IMG/VR virus record: IMGVR_UViG_3300042478_002844
Coordinates: 1-60,251 of that record
Source of the DNA: a virus
Lineage: Duplodnaviria; Caudoviricetes
Length of the DNA: 60,251 nucleotides
Reading direction: 5' to 3' (one strand)
A program made the translations under genes and the position numbers. Positions within the stretch are counted from its first letter, which is position 1; the number at the start of each line of letters is the position of its first letter. The notes beneath the pieces were generated by a model. It saw nothing but the letters and a program-made list of their open reading frames with translations, ran no database searches and was not told where the DNA came from. Below, piece after piece: positions 33,549-42,877 of the stretch.

Positions 33549-36500
33549 TTGAGACTTTTTGACATAATAAAATCTTCCCAAACTCAATCGTCTGGAAGAA
33601 ACATCATTACATTTGCTAAAGACTTGTTAAATAAACCAGAGGCAGAACTTCTCAATCTTGGCCTTACAAGTAGATCTATTCAAAGACTAAAAGACATATC
33701 TAATACTCCAATAAATAGACTTAGGGCGTCTGACATGACTATATTTTTTGCTTTACCAGAATCAGTAAAGCCAGCAGATCTACAACAGCTTATGTCTCAT
33801 GCCATAGCTATTAGCTCAGGACAAGAAGTAAGTGAATTTATTGAGAGTACAGCTCCACCTGCTCAGGTAGCTACTCCAGCATCTGCTCAAGCAGTTGAGG
33901 AAACACTTTCTCAAGCTGCTCCAAGAGGCTTGCGTGGAAAAAAGAAAATTAAAAATAAAATTGTTCCAAAATCAAAAAAGTTTAAAACTTTTGAATTTTT
34001 AAATAAAAATGATAATAAAAACTGGAAAGAACTTTTTGTAGTTCCAAAAATATCTACAGATAACAGTGACTTGCTTTTAATCTTTACAGAAGTTGGCTTA
34101 GTTTCTACAACCAGAGATAGATTTCAAGAGCCTAAAAATGTTATAGAAACAATTACTGCAGAACAATATATCCATCTTTTACGAGAATTAGAAGAAAACG
34201 GCTGGGATACTTCAATAGCAGATCAAGCTAAAGGTCACTTATTAAACATACAACAACATTCTGATATTAAAAACTTTGCAGAAGTCGATGCAAAATCTAT
34301 ATTTGATGAAACAAATGGCAATTGGATGTATAGGATTAGTGTTCCAAACATAGTAAACGTGCCGTATCAAAGACAACTTGAAATATTAGAGTGCATCACG
34401 TTTGCGTTCACTGGCATGACGGATGACCAGAAATATCCCAAAGATATAACAGATGAATTTGGAAAGTCCTTGCCACGCAAAAGATTATGCAGAATACATA
34501 AAGACACAGATATTAATGCTACTGCTAAAGGCTGGTACGTGAGAGGAGACCCCAGTGACTTTCAAAGATTCATTACCATCTGCAGCACTAGAGGGATTAA
34601 AGTTAGTAAGTTAACAGATCTTGTTTTTAGCGATTTCCAAAACAAAAGATTTTATGATCCCAGAAAAAAGCAATTTGTAGATCCAAAAACAGCAAAGTTT
34701 GAAGGCATCATAGATGGAGACGGTTATCATTCTGAAGTCGAATTTGAACAAGCTGTAAAAACAATTGCCAATTCAGGATTGCAGAAAAAAGCACTTAACA
34801 GAGATGCTGGAGCTGATGTATCAAAAGTGCAAGTGTACCCAAAACAAATAGAGGGTATTAAATTTTTATATTCAAGAACACACGCAATACTTGGAGATGA
34901 AACTGGTGTTGGAAAGACACTGCAAGCTATAGTCGCTAGTCATTTGCGCTTAAAAACAGATACTCGCAAAATGGGTAAAGACATGAAAGCAGTCGTGCTA
35001 ACTAAGTCTGTTGTAGTTCCTCAATTTAAGAAAGAGATTCAATTATACACCGGACTACCGGCAGATCAGATATGGACTGGAGACGAACTTTTTGATTATC
35101 TCATGCAGTTTGATCATCCAACAAAAATATTTGATGAAGGTAAAAACCCTAAAATTCCAGTTCCAAATTGGAAATGGTGCATACTAAACTATGAAAAATT
35201 TGCCATAGCACCAAGACCTCAAATTATAAGAAACTTAATAGCAAGAAAGCAAAATATTGCATCAGCATATCAGATGATCATGAATAGATCTCTTGATTAC
35301 GCTCAAAGAATAGCATCTGACATGTTTGCATCTATTCAAAATATGATAAATGCGACAAATCTAGGTTTAGACAAAAATAAAGCAATTAAAGACGCAGTAT
35401 ATGCATATTTAAATACTAATATCTCTATTAATTCTAAATATCCAAGCCTATTTATGAACGGAAGAGATTCATCTTGGTTCAAAGAAAAGGAAATAGACAA
35501 AGATGCAGAAAATTTGGCGAGATCTACTGCAGTAGAAGTTTTAAAAATTGTTTTTGAAAAACCAGAGGGTATTTTAAGTGCTGCAGATATAACAGAAAAA
35601 GTCCGTTATATGATTAGCAATGCAATTTCTGAAAGACTACTGTCTTATGACAAGTTTATCAAAAGACAAGAAGAAAGATTGCAAAAAACTGGAGAGCTGG
35701 AAGATATTCTATATAGACTTCAAGATCCAAGCATTTCTCCAGATGAAAGATCAGAATTAGAGGGAGAAAAAGCCCTACTAGAAAAAACAAAAGGCACAAG
35801 ATCTGGAGCCCTTAATTGGGGAGAAGACGGAAAGAGAAATATTCTCACAGCTTACTTTAATGCACTTTCTAAGCTTGGAGTTTTAGATGTGGTCATATTA
35901 GACGAAGTTCATACTGTAAAAAATGGAGATCCCGATGACAAGGCTGAAACGCTAGATGATGAACACGAGGCCAATTTTACTACATTTAATACACAAATAG
36001 TTACAAATGGAGCAAATAATGTCTGGGGTGCATCAGCAACTATTGTTGCAAATAAAGAGCAGGATCTTTACAATCAACTAAGAGCAATAAATAGCCCTCT
36101 TGGAGATTTAGATTATGGATCTTTTGTGCTACAGCTGGCATCCGCAGTCTCTGGAGGTGCCACTTCTACAGGGACTGCGATACGCGATGCAATTGTTCAA
36201 TCGAAAATATACATGCAAAGGTCAAAATATGACATTATTGAAGACATGAGGGCATCTGATCCCTCTAGACCTTCATTGCCTAAACAAATAGTAAAAAATA
36301 TTCAAAGCAATGACGCTGAAGCTTTAACATCATTTATAGATATTCGAAATACTGAACTCGAAGCTGCCAGAATGCGTGGAACACTTGATGGCAGAAATGG
36401 AGCTTTAGTTGCATATGGAATAGTGAGAAGATCTCTTGCTCAAGCCAAAGCTCCACTTACTGCTAGCGCCATGATTCAATACCTGCGTCAAGGGAAAAGA

Positions 36501-37169
36501 GTTGGAGTATTTACGGACTGCATAGAAGCTGGTCAAATAATAAAGAACAATGTAGAAAAAGCTTTACGAGACTTTCCAGACGAATCTTCTTTTAAAAATA
36601 AACATGTATATTTCCTATATGGCGGGGACGATGCAGAAAATAGAATGTTGCATGTAGATGAGTTTATGAAAGATTATGATCAATCTGCATACGCTGGCAT
36701 GATTATTTCTTTTAACGCTGGAGGCACAGGTCTTAGCTTAGAGAACACCGCTGATGTAGTTATATTTAATGATCTTCCGCAAACTCCAGTTTCTGACACT
36801 CAAGCAAAAGGAAGATTTTATAGAATTAATAGTCTGCGCGACAACTACACGTATTACATGATTCTTAAAAATGACGAAGACGAGAAGCTTTACGACATTT
36901 TGATGGATAAGCTAATAATAGCAGAAGAAATTTCAAAATTAAGACACATGGAAAATCAGTATGTGCTGCAAGGGCATTCAAGATCAGAAATCCGCATCAA
37001 GATACTTAATGAAATTAGAGAGAAAGAATTGAGACTCAAAGCACTTGATGAAGAACAAAAAAGAACAGAAAATAATATTGGCAGAAAGCTTCTTGGAGGC
37101 GGTCTAAGTCCTCGCAGGAAAAGAGCCTCGTCCATCAATGGGTGGTATAACTTTATAAAAAACACATAA
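33549..37169 (+). CDS. SNF2/SWI2-like superfamily 2 helicase
   Basis: ILGDETGVGKT, LDEVH, SAT, AGGTGLSL, QAKGRFYRIN. TTG start with AAGGA RBS. Confidence 0.9.
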   Translation: MRLFDIIKSSQTQSSGRNIITFAKDLLNKPEAELLNLGLTSRSIQRLKDISNTPINRLRASDMTIFFALPESVKPADLQQLMSHAIAISSGQEVSEFIESTAPPAQVATPASAQAVEETLSQAAPRGLRGKKKIKNKIVPKSKKFKTFEFLNKNDNKNWKELFVVPKISTDNSDLLLIFTEVGLVSTTRDRFQEPKNVIETITAEQYIHLLRELEENGWDTSIADQAKGHLLNIQQHSDIKNFAEVDAKSIFDETNGNWMYRISVPNIVNVPYQRQLEILECITFAFTGMTDDQKYPKDITDEFGKSLPRKRLCRIHKDTDINATAKGWYVRGDPSDFQRFITICSTRGIKVSKLTDLVFSDFQNKRFYDPRKKQFVDPKTAKFEGIIDGDGYHSEVEFEQAVKTIANSGLQKKALNRDAGADVSKVQVYPKQIEGIKFLYSRTHAILGDETGVGKTLQAIVASHLRLKTDTRKMGKDMKAVVLTKSVVVPQFKKEIQLYTGLPADQIWTGDELFDYLMQFDHPTKIFDEGKNPKIPVPNWKWCILNYEKFAIAPRPQIIRNLIARKQNIASAYQMIMNRSLDYAQRIASDMFASIQNMINATNLGLDKNKAIKDAVYAYLNTNISINSKYPSLFMNGRDSSWFKEKEIDKDAENLARSTAVEVLKIVFEKPEGILSAADITEKVRYMISNAISERLLSYDKFIKRQEERLQKTGELEDILYRLQDPSISPDERSELEGEKALLEKTKGTRSGALNWGEDGKRNILTAYFNALSKLGVLDVVILDEVHTVKNGDPDDKAETLDDEHEANFTTFNTQIVTNGANNVWGASATIVANKEQDLYNQLRAINSPLGDLDYGSFVLQLASAVSGGATSTGTAIRDAIVQSKIYMQRSKYDIIEDMRASDPSRPSLPKQIVKNIQSNDAEALTSFIDIRNTELEAARMRGTLDGRNGALVAYGIVRRSLAQAKAPLTASAMIQYLRQGKRVGVFTDCIEAGQIIKNNVEKALRDFPDESSFKNKHVYFLYGGDDAENRMLHVDEFMKDYDQSAYAGMIISFNAGGTGLSLENTADVVIFNDLPQTPVSDTQAKGRFYRINSLRDNYTYYMILKNDEDEKLYDILMDKLIIAEEISKLRHMENQYVLQGHSRSEIRIKILNEIREKELRLKALDEEQKRTENNIGRKLLGGGLSPRRKRASSINGWYNFIKNT

Positions 37170-37199
37170 TTTTATAAAAACCGTTTCTTTAGGAGATAG

Positions 37200-37227
37200 C
37201 AGGATAAATGCATTTTAAAACAAAATA
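37200..37227 (+). promoter_or_regulatory. Putative phage promoter CAGG-N20-AATA
   Basis: Upstream of gene 37286. Confidence 0.45.
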
Positions 37228-37285
37228 ATATATGGATACTGAAAATTGATGAATTTATCAATTTCAGAAAGAATTGAGGTACAAT

Positions 37286-37723
37286 ATGATTTCACCAGAA
37301 CTAATTAGCATGATTGGTGGCGGAGCAACCGGATTCTTGTTCCGCTTTATGGCACAAAAAAGTCAAGATCAAAAAGAAATGTTTGAACGCCTCATGACGG
37401 CGAACAAACAAACAACTGAAAATCAAGATAAGGCGGTACAAAGAGTCTCAATTGACGCTGGTAGAGCTGTTCGTCAAGTCATCGTTCTAACAGTGCTCTT
37501 TGGAGCTTTTGCAGCTCCATTTATTTTACCATTCTTTGGCGTCCCCACATTTGTTGAAGTAGACGTAAAAAATCCAGAAGGCTTGTTTGGACTAATACCT
37601 GCGACTGGTAAAAAAGCTTTCGTAGAAATTAATGGATTTTTCTGGACATCAGAAAACAGAGAAGTTCTGTTGAGTATAGTTGGCTTTTACTTCGGATCTG
37701 CAGCAGCTAATAATAAATCATAA
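37286..37723 (+). CDS. Membrane protein (holin-like, about 3 hydrophobic segments)
   Basis: GAGG RBS. C-terminal SIVGFYFGS resembles 3TM holin-like proteins. Confidence 0.6.
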   Translation: MISPELISMIGGGATGFLFRFMAQKSQDQKEMFERLMTANKQTTENQDKAVQRVSIDAGRAVRQVIVLTVLFGAFAAPFILPFFGVPTFVEVDVKNPEGLFGLIPATGKKAFVEINGFFWTSENREVLLSIVGFYFGSAAANNKS

Positions 37724-37733
37724 GGAGTTCTAA

Positions 37734-38042
37734 ATGAAATACATATATCTACTAATTTTAGTCATCATTTTAACTGCTTGTGATACGGTTCCAGTTATTG
37801 TTCCCGATAACACTAGCGATAATGTAGTCATGATGCAACTCAAAGATGAAATAGCTCAAACTGGCGCTTCAAAGCCATCTTATGGATGGACGCTGTGGTA
37901 TTTTCCCGTTGTAATTATCGCTTTCATGTGGGCATATAGAGAATTTGTGCGTAAGCCAATGATATGCGATGATGGATTGGTCAAAGACGAAAAGGACAGA
38001 GATGGCGACGGAGTTGTTGATAAGCCAACAAATAATTCGTGA
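37734..38042 (+). CDS. Lipoprotein with additional transmembrane helix
   Basis: Lipobox LTA|C16 and TM segment WTLWYFPVVIIAFMWAY. Confidence 0.7.
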   Translation: MKYIYLLILVIILTACDTVPVIVPDNTSDNVVMMQLKDEIAQTGASKPSYGWTLWYFPVVIIAFMWAYREFVRKPMICDDGLVKDEKDRDGDGVVDKPTNNS

Positions 38043-38257
38043 TGACTTGGTCTAATTCTTTCAGGTCTTATTGTTTTAATTTAAGAGTCGGCTCAATACC
38101 ATCTGGTTGTTGGGCCGATTTTAATAAAGTAAAAAGAGATTATTTTTACATTAAGCAGATGCGTTATTTTGAAACTGCTGATGACTTGCTAGGCTATGAC
38201 TCCATGCCTCCAGACCCTTATGTTGCAGATTATCCAATAGATTGTGATGAAAGCTAA
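38039..38257 (+). CDS. Hypothetical protein
   Basis: Overlaps the stop of the upstream gene. Confidence 0.55.
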   Translation: MMTWSNSFRSYCFNLRVGSIPSGCWADFNKVKRDYFYIKQMRYFETADDLLGYDSMPPDPYVADYPIDCDES

Positions 38258-38526
38258 TTAAAATTTTCTGGTTCTACTTTTGTTATTTCAGCATCTATTT
38301 TATTATTGATTATCTGAAAAGCGATCACATCTCCAAAAGTATCTTCTGGGTTTAATGTGGCTCTTTTTGCAGCTGCGTTATATTCTCTTTCTGTAAACAA
38401 TAGTTTAATTACACATCCGTTATCGTCTAATGCTGGTATATAGATGTAATTTTCAGCCTGTCTGCCTCTTTTGTTTTTATTTTTTCTCTTTTTCATTTTT
38501 TCCCAATCTTTCTTTGTGTTTTTCAA
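38254..38526 (-). CDS. Hypothetical protein
   Basis: LLFTERE...A.KRA..NPED motif seen in phage proteins. Start uncertain. Confidence 0.65.
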   Translation of the reverse strand: MKNTKKDWEKMKKRKNKNKRGRQAENYIYIPALDDNGCVIKLLFTEREYNAAAKRATLNPEDTFGDVIAFQIINNKIDAEITKVEPENFN

Positions 38527-38755
38527 AATACTGATCTATATATTTTGCCATTTCTACATCAAGATTTGTTATTTTTTCCAATTCATGATCACTCAATTCT
38601 ATTCTGACTGTATCATATTTTATTTCTACTGATGGATGATGATTGCACAATTGTGCTAGTTTAGAAATAAAATAAAAAAAACTAGAGCTAGAGCCCCAGT
38701 CCTTTGTGCGATAAGTTTTGAACATCTTATTGCTTTTTCGAGTCCATCCGCTCAT
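38477..38755 (-). CDS. Pterin-4-alpha-carbinolamine dehydratase-like protein
   Basis: NHHPSVEIKYDTV.I.L.DH...ITNLDVEMA..ID. Confidence 0.85.
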   Translation of the reverse strand: MSGWTRKSNKMFKTYRTKDWGSSSSFFYFISKLAQLCNHHPSVEIKYDTVRIELSDHELEKITNLDVEMAKYIDQYFEKHKERLGKNEKEKK

Positions 38756-39525
38756 GCTTCTTTACCTTTAATTGTGAGTTTTATAATTCTGTTAAAATCT
38801 TTTGCGTCTTCTTTGTATCCTTGAGCAGTTTCATCTTTTTCATCATCCGTCCATTGCCAGTTCCAAAACAAATCATCTGGAGTTTTAAATCCATAAAATT
38901 TCATGACTTGCTTTTGCAGATCGATTACATTACTTCCATTAAAATTATGTCCAGTAAATATGCAACCTGCATCTATATTTGCAACAACATTATTTTCACC
39001 TAAAGTTGAATGTCTATTTTCTATCCAAGACAGTCTTTCAATAATTTTTTGATATATGCTATTTGCTTGCCCCCATCTGATTGATCCAAAGAATACTACA
39101 GCATCGCATTCAAAGAGTGGTTTCGTTATTTTCCATAACTCATCATTGGGGTTATTAATGGAGGCCCAGCATCTGTGATATCCAGATGGATCTTTTTCTT
39201 TATCTTTTAGTAAAGCATCTTTTGCTCCGCAGGTATTTCCATCCATCCTGGATATGTTTGCCTCACAGATATCAATCTTTAATTTTGCTGCATCTACTAC
39301 TGTAACTTTTTCATCTAATTTAGAAGCCATTGTAAGAGCTATTTGAGTTGATTTAGGAATATCAATAGGCGCTTTTTTCATTTGAAACCTATTGGAAGTT
39401 GTAACAAAAAGTATGTTTTTCTTCTGCTGCAAGTATGATACAGTTTTGTCAAATTGACTAACAAAATCTCCATTAGATTTAGTTAATAACTGTGCTAATG
39501 AAAATATTTGCTTGTCTTTATTCAT
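38752..39525 (-). CDS. Flavodoxin-fold (NADPH-dependent FMN reductase-like) protein
   Basis: ILFVTTSNR, PKST, CDAVVFFGSIRWG, Cys motifs. Confidence 0.75.
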   Translation of the reverse strand: MNKDKQIFSLAQLLTKSNGDFVSQFDKTVSYLQQKKNILFVTTSNRFQMKKAPIDIPKSTQIALTMASKLDEKVTVVDAAKLKIDICEANISRMDGNTCGAKDALLKDKEKDPSGYHRCWASINNPNDELWKITKPLFECDAVVFFGSIRWGQANSIYQKIIERLSWIENRHSTLGENNVVANIDAGCIFTGHNFNGSNVIDLQKQVMKFYGFKTPDDLFWNWQWTDDEKDETAQGYKEDAKDFNRIIKLTIKGKEA

Positions 39526-40526
39526 TACTTTTTCTTACCCTTACGCCAACCGCCACCACGCTGCTTATACCACTTTGATGCAAAAAGATTTGCATACGCA
39601 GACGGATAAACTTTAAACTTAGCTTTTGCTGCAGCCTTTGCTCTAGCCCACAATGATGGATTTGTAGGCTTATTCTTTGATGACGTGGATTTCTTCTTTT
39701 TTGCTGCAGTTTTTAATTCATCCATCATTGGTCGATCCATAAGTAGGTAAGCCTCTTCTGGATGCCCGCCTATTTCCAAATCAACCTTGTGTTTAGCTGC
39801 TTCTTTTGCTATGGCGTCTAGCAAATCTTCTCTATTTATTTCGTGTCCAGTTGCACTTTCAATAACATCCATAATTACATGAATTTGTCCAAGGTATACT
39901 GACATTTTATTCTCATCATCTTCTTCTGGAACATTATTTTCTTTTCTTTCAATATGAGATTTTACCAATCTCTCTATTGCCAATTCCAGTGGAATTGGTT
40001 CGTGTCTGCGCTTGGCAAGCTTTAGTACATCCGACCATGGCTCGCATGATGCTTCAACCACAATCTCAGATGACTGCCAATTTATATTATATTTTTCAGA
40101 CAAAGACTCTGCCTTTATGAAGGCATCGTTTAATGACGATGCTATAACAGATAACACCTTGTCATTTTCTCCATCCTTGCAAATAACATCATAAATACTT
40201 AATTCTTCAATATTAGTGCTTGCTTTTTTATTTTCAGATCTACCAAATCCGTCAGAAGGAGTGCCCTCTAAATACATATCAGTATATGGGCAGTAATACT
40301 TACCCTCCTTGGGATCATAGTAGTAGACTCCGTGGTGAAGCTTAGTCTTAAAAGGTCCCTCTAGCCCTTTACGTGTACCAAACTCACGACCGCCAGCGTC
40401 AGTTACAACATCATCTTTCTTTTTCTTTTTTTCATCTTTACTTGCAGTTTTAACCAGAGACTGCTTACATTTGCTTTCAGAAACCAATTTGTTCCAGTTT
40501 ATTAAAGACGGTATATGCTTGCTCAT
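39525..40526 (-). CDS. Multi-module probable head-internal polyprotein (C-terminal DUF5872-like module)
   Basis: RKGLEGPF..YYDPKEGKYY and PTNPSLWARAK..YPSAYAN..YKQRGGGW modules, separated by K-x-A sites. Confidence 0.75.
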   Translation of the reverse strand: MSKHIPSLINWNKLVSESKCKQSLVKTASKDEKKKKKDDVVTDAGGREFGTRKGLEGPFKTKLHHGVYYYDPKEGKYYCPYTDMYLEGTPSDGFGRSENKKASTNIEELSIYDVICKDGENDKVLSVIASSLNDAFIKAESLSEKYNINWQSSEIVVEASCEPWSDVLKLAKRRHEPIPLELAIERLVKSHIERKENNVPEEDDENKMSVYLGQIHVIMDVIESATGHEINREDLLDAIAKEAAKHKVDLEIGGHPEEAYLLMDRPMMDELKTAAKKKKSTSSKNKPTNPSLWARAKAAAKAKFKVYPSAYANLFASKWYKQRGGGWRKGKKK

Positions 40527-40550
40527 AAAAATCTCCTAAAGAACTACGTT

Positions 40551-40607
40551 TATTACATACAAATTAATCAAAAACCTCAAGGTAATTTTAAAAAGTAAAT
40601 TGTAATA
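40551..40607. promoter_or_regulatory. Back-to-back putative phage promoters
   Basis: GAGG-N20-AATA on the minus strand (40578-40551) and AAGG-N21-AATA on the plus strand (40579-40607). Confidence 0.5.
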
Positions 40608-40612
40608 GTATT

Positions 40613-40699
40613 GAAATGACATACTTACTTGCGCGCTCCCCAAAAGGTTGAGCGCAAGTTCCCAGAGCCCCCACCCTCTCCCCGGAGGGTGGGATTTTT
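40613..40699 (+). ncRNA. Putative small RNA (two GC-rich hairpins; the second is terminator-like)
   Basis: Hairpins at 40627-40659 and 40670-40693, then ATTTTT. Lies downstream of a promoter motif with no ORF. Confidence 0.4.
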
Positions 40700-40919
40700 A
40701 ATTAAGGGTCTTTTTAGATTCAGTCAGCTGTCTAAAATAACTTGCTACTTCTAAAAGATCATCGTGGGCAGTTGTGATGTGCTCTAAAACCCAAGGTTCT
40801 ACCGAAACATGATCTATATTTGCATCTAAAACTTTTGTCAAAAGAAGTATTTGTTTAATTTTTTCTTTTGTCATGCCATCTGCTTGCTCAGAGGCAAGTT
40901 TGAATATTGGTTTTTTCAT
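40698..40919 (-). CDS. Small phage protein (xxWVxxxITxAxDxL module)
   Basis: ATGA-coupled start MKKPIFKLAS. Confidence 0.7.
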   Translation of the reverse strand: MKKPIFKLASEQADGMTKEKIKQILLLTKVLDANIDHVSVEPWVLEHITTAHDDLLEVASYFRQLTESKKTLN

Positions 40920-41545
40920 TTCTTTTTTCCTTGCTTTTTCTTTACCTGCATAACGCAACTTTCATATTTTTTCTTGTTTTCTCTACCAACAGTAGACGTA
41001 CACACGGCCCAAGGGTTTGGGTCATATTCTTTTTTCTTTTTTGCTTCTTTATACCAGCTATTATTTTTACTACTTGTTTTTTGAGCTTCAGATTTTGGAG
41101 GCAGTGGTTTTCTTTCCTCTAAGCGCCTACTTGTGTCAAAAGGTTCAAATCTTGCTTTCATTCTTTCAAGAGCTTCTGGTGGGACTCCGTGTATGTTTTT
41201 TGTTGATTCACCTGTTGGGGAAACAGTCCCTTCAACATGCACAAATGTTACGTAATAACCTCTTTCTTGAGCAGCTTTTACATATGGCGACATTTCCCAG
41301 TGTTGAGTGTTGGTATTTGCCAATGCTATTTTTGTCTCACCACGATCCATTGCTTCTATAACTTTGTTTTTTGTTGATTCATGAGCTTTTCCCAGAAGAG
41401 ATGGATTAAAGCTCATATTTTCACCATATAGTCCAGGATAATCATCTGCTGCATAAACGTTTCCAGGAGCTAAAGCTTCTGCGACAGCACTTTTTCCGCT
41501 TCCCGGTAAACCTCTCATGATGTATAGTGTCTTTGAATTGTTCAT
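40916..41545 (-). CDS. P-loop kinase (AAA_33/N4BP2-like) fused to an NPWAVCT module
   Basis: MRGLPGSGKS, NTNTQHWEM.PY, NIHGVP...ERMK.RFE. Internal NSWYKEAK precedes the Cys module. Confidence 0.85.
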   Translation of the reverse strand: MNNSKTLYIMRGLPGSGKSAVAEALAPGNVYAADDYPGLYGENMSFNPSLLGKAHESTKNKVIEAMDRGETKIALANTNTQHWEMSPYVKAAQERGYYVTFVHVEGTVSPTGESTKNIHGVPPEALERMKARFEPFDTSRRLEERKPLPPKSEAQKTSSKNNSWYKEAKKKKEYDPNPWAVCTSTVGRENKKKYESCVMQVKKKQGKKK

Positions 41546-41566
41546 AAAATACCTTTTGGTATGATT

Positions 41567-41594
41567 TATTTAACACAAACAGCATTTATACCTT
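41567..41594 (-). promoter_or_regulatory. Putative phage promoter AAGG-N20-AATA
   Basis: 21 nt upstream of ATG 41545. Confidence 0.55.
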
Positions 41595-41741
41595 TTAAGT
41601 ATTTTAATTTGATACTATTTGATTTTTTAATTTAAAAATCTTGTCAACTCACCCCTCAGGAGGGATATAGATGGGGTGGCGCAGGAACTTTTCCTGTTTT
41701 GCCGAAAAGAATAGTTCACACCTTTTGAAAAAGGAGACTTT

Positions 41742-42509
41742 ATGAAGGAAGCGATAATTGGAATCGTCGGAGCATCAGTACTTAGCATGTCTGCCATGGC
41801 ACAGACAGCTCAGCCTGCTGTTGCGACAAACGACAGTGGATTTGCATCTTTCTTCAAGCTAAACGACTTTAGCTTTGATGAAAAGATCAATTTCTACAAC
41901 CTGGATACTGGGAATGTCACCCAGTTTGTTCAGCAGCTTAATTGGCAGACCCCGATTAAGGACCTTACCACCCACTTGACACTGCCAGTGTACACTGATG
42001 GCGTCACTGGTGCAGGCATGCTTGATTTGGGCGCTGATTGGACATTTGTTCACAAGCCATTGAGCTTTATGGACAAGGCTGACTTTTCAGTAGACGTTAA
42101 GCTTCCAACCAGCTCTGCTGGCTACGGCGGCAACAGTGTTAACGTTGTGCTCGGATTAGCAACAGAGGGAACTACCTTTGTTGACAAGCTGTCTTGGGGT
42201 GCTGGCATGAACTGGGAATTTAACACCAATGGTGACTATATTCCAGTTTTTGGAGGATTTACTACTCAGGACATTATGAATGTTAATGCAGATCTGGCCT
42301 ATCAGCTTGTTGATAAGCTTGATCTTGCAGTTAATTATAATTTCTGGTATCTTGATAGTGGTGAAAGTTTGAGCACAATCGGTCCTGCTCTTAATTGGGA
42401 TGTTTGCCCCAATGCGAACCTCAACTTCGGAGTTGATGTTCCATTCGCTCAGTACAGCGGCTCACCGCTTGATCTTATTGTTCGTTTTGGTGGTTCAGTC
42501 AAGTTCTAA
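41742..42509 (+). CDS. Outer-membrane beta-barrel protein
   Basis: Sec signal peptide (AMA|Q), alternating amphipathic strands, C-terminal GGSVKF, AAGGAG RBS. Confidence 0.8.
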   Translation: MKEAIIGIVGASVLSMSAMAQTAQPAVATNDSGFASFFKLNDFSFDEKINFYNLDTGNVTQFVQQLNWQTPIKDLTTHLTLPVYTDGVTGAGMLDLGADWTFVHKPLSFMDKADFSVDVKLPTSSAGYGGNSVNVVLGLATEGTTFVDKLSWGAGMNWEFNTNGDYIPVFGGFTTQDIMNVNADLAYQLVDKLDLAVNYNFWYLDSGESLSTIGPALNWDVCPNANLNFGVDVPFAQYSGSPLDLIVRFGGSVKF

Positions 42510-42527
42510 TTGAAAGGAGAACAAATT

Positions 42528-42695
42528 ATGGATTCATCTAATGAGTGTTCAAAGTGCCCAATTATGGGCGGTTTCTGCTGGAAGAGCCCAGTTCACTGGG
42601 TCCTTTTCCTTGCCGTTCTTCCATTTACCGTTAAGGGCGTAGGTCTTATCGGCGCATGGATTGGCAAGCTAGTCACAACTGTAGCAGGCAGCTAA
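42528..42695 (+). CDS. Small Cys-containing membrane protein
   Basis: AGGAG RBS. CxxC..C followed by a hydrophobic helix. Confidence 0.7.
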   Translation: MDSSNECSKCPIMGGFCWKSPVHWVLFLAVLPFTVKGVGLIGAWIGKLVTTVAGS

Positions 42696-42712
42696 TTTTA
42701 GTTATATATAAT

Positions 42713-42751
42713 AAAGATAAAGAGCAGGTTTCGGCCTGCTCTTTATCTTTT
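42713..42751. terminator. Bidirectional terminator
   Basis: 16-bp stem aaagataaagagcagg / cctgctctttatcttt with TTCG loop. Confidence 0.9.
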
Positions 42752-42869
42752 ACTTATTTTTCTTTTTTCTACCAGCGCAATGTGCTTTTTGACTAAAACC
42801 TTTTGGCCGAGAACAGTTAATCGATTTTTTGTACTTTTCTGACCATTTAGCGGTTTTTATGTTAATCAT
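42750..42869 (-). CDS. 39-aa basic Cys micro-protein MINIKTA-KWSEKYKKSINCSRPKGFSQKAHCAGRKKKNK
   Basis: Translated by hand; below the ORF-track cutoff. A recognisable phage module follows the KTA junction. Confidence 0.85.
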   Translation of the reverse strand: MINIKTAKWSEKYKKSINCSRPKGFSQKAHCAGRKKKNK

Positions 42870-42877
42870 AATATTCT

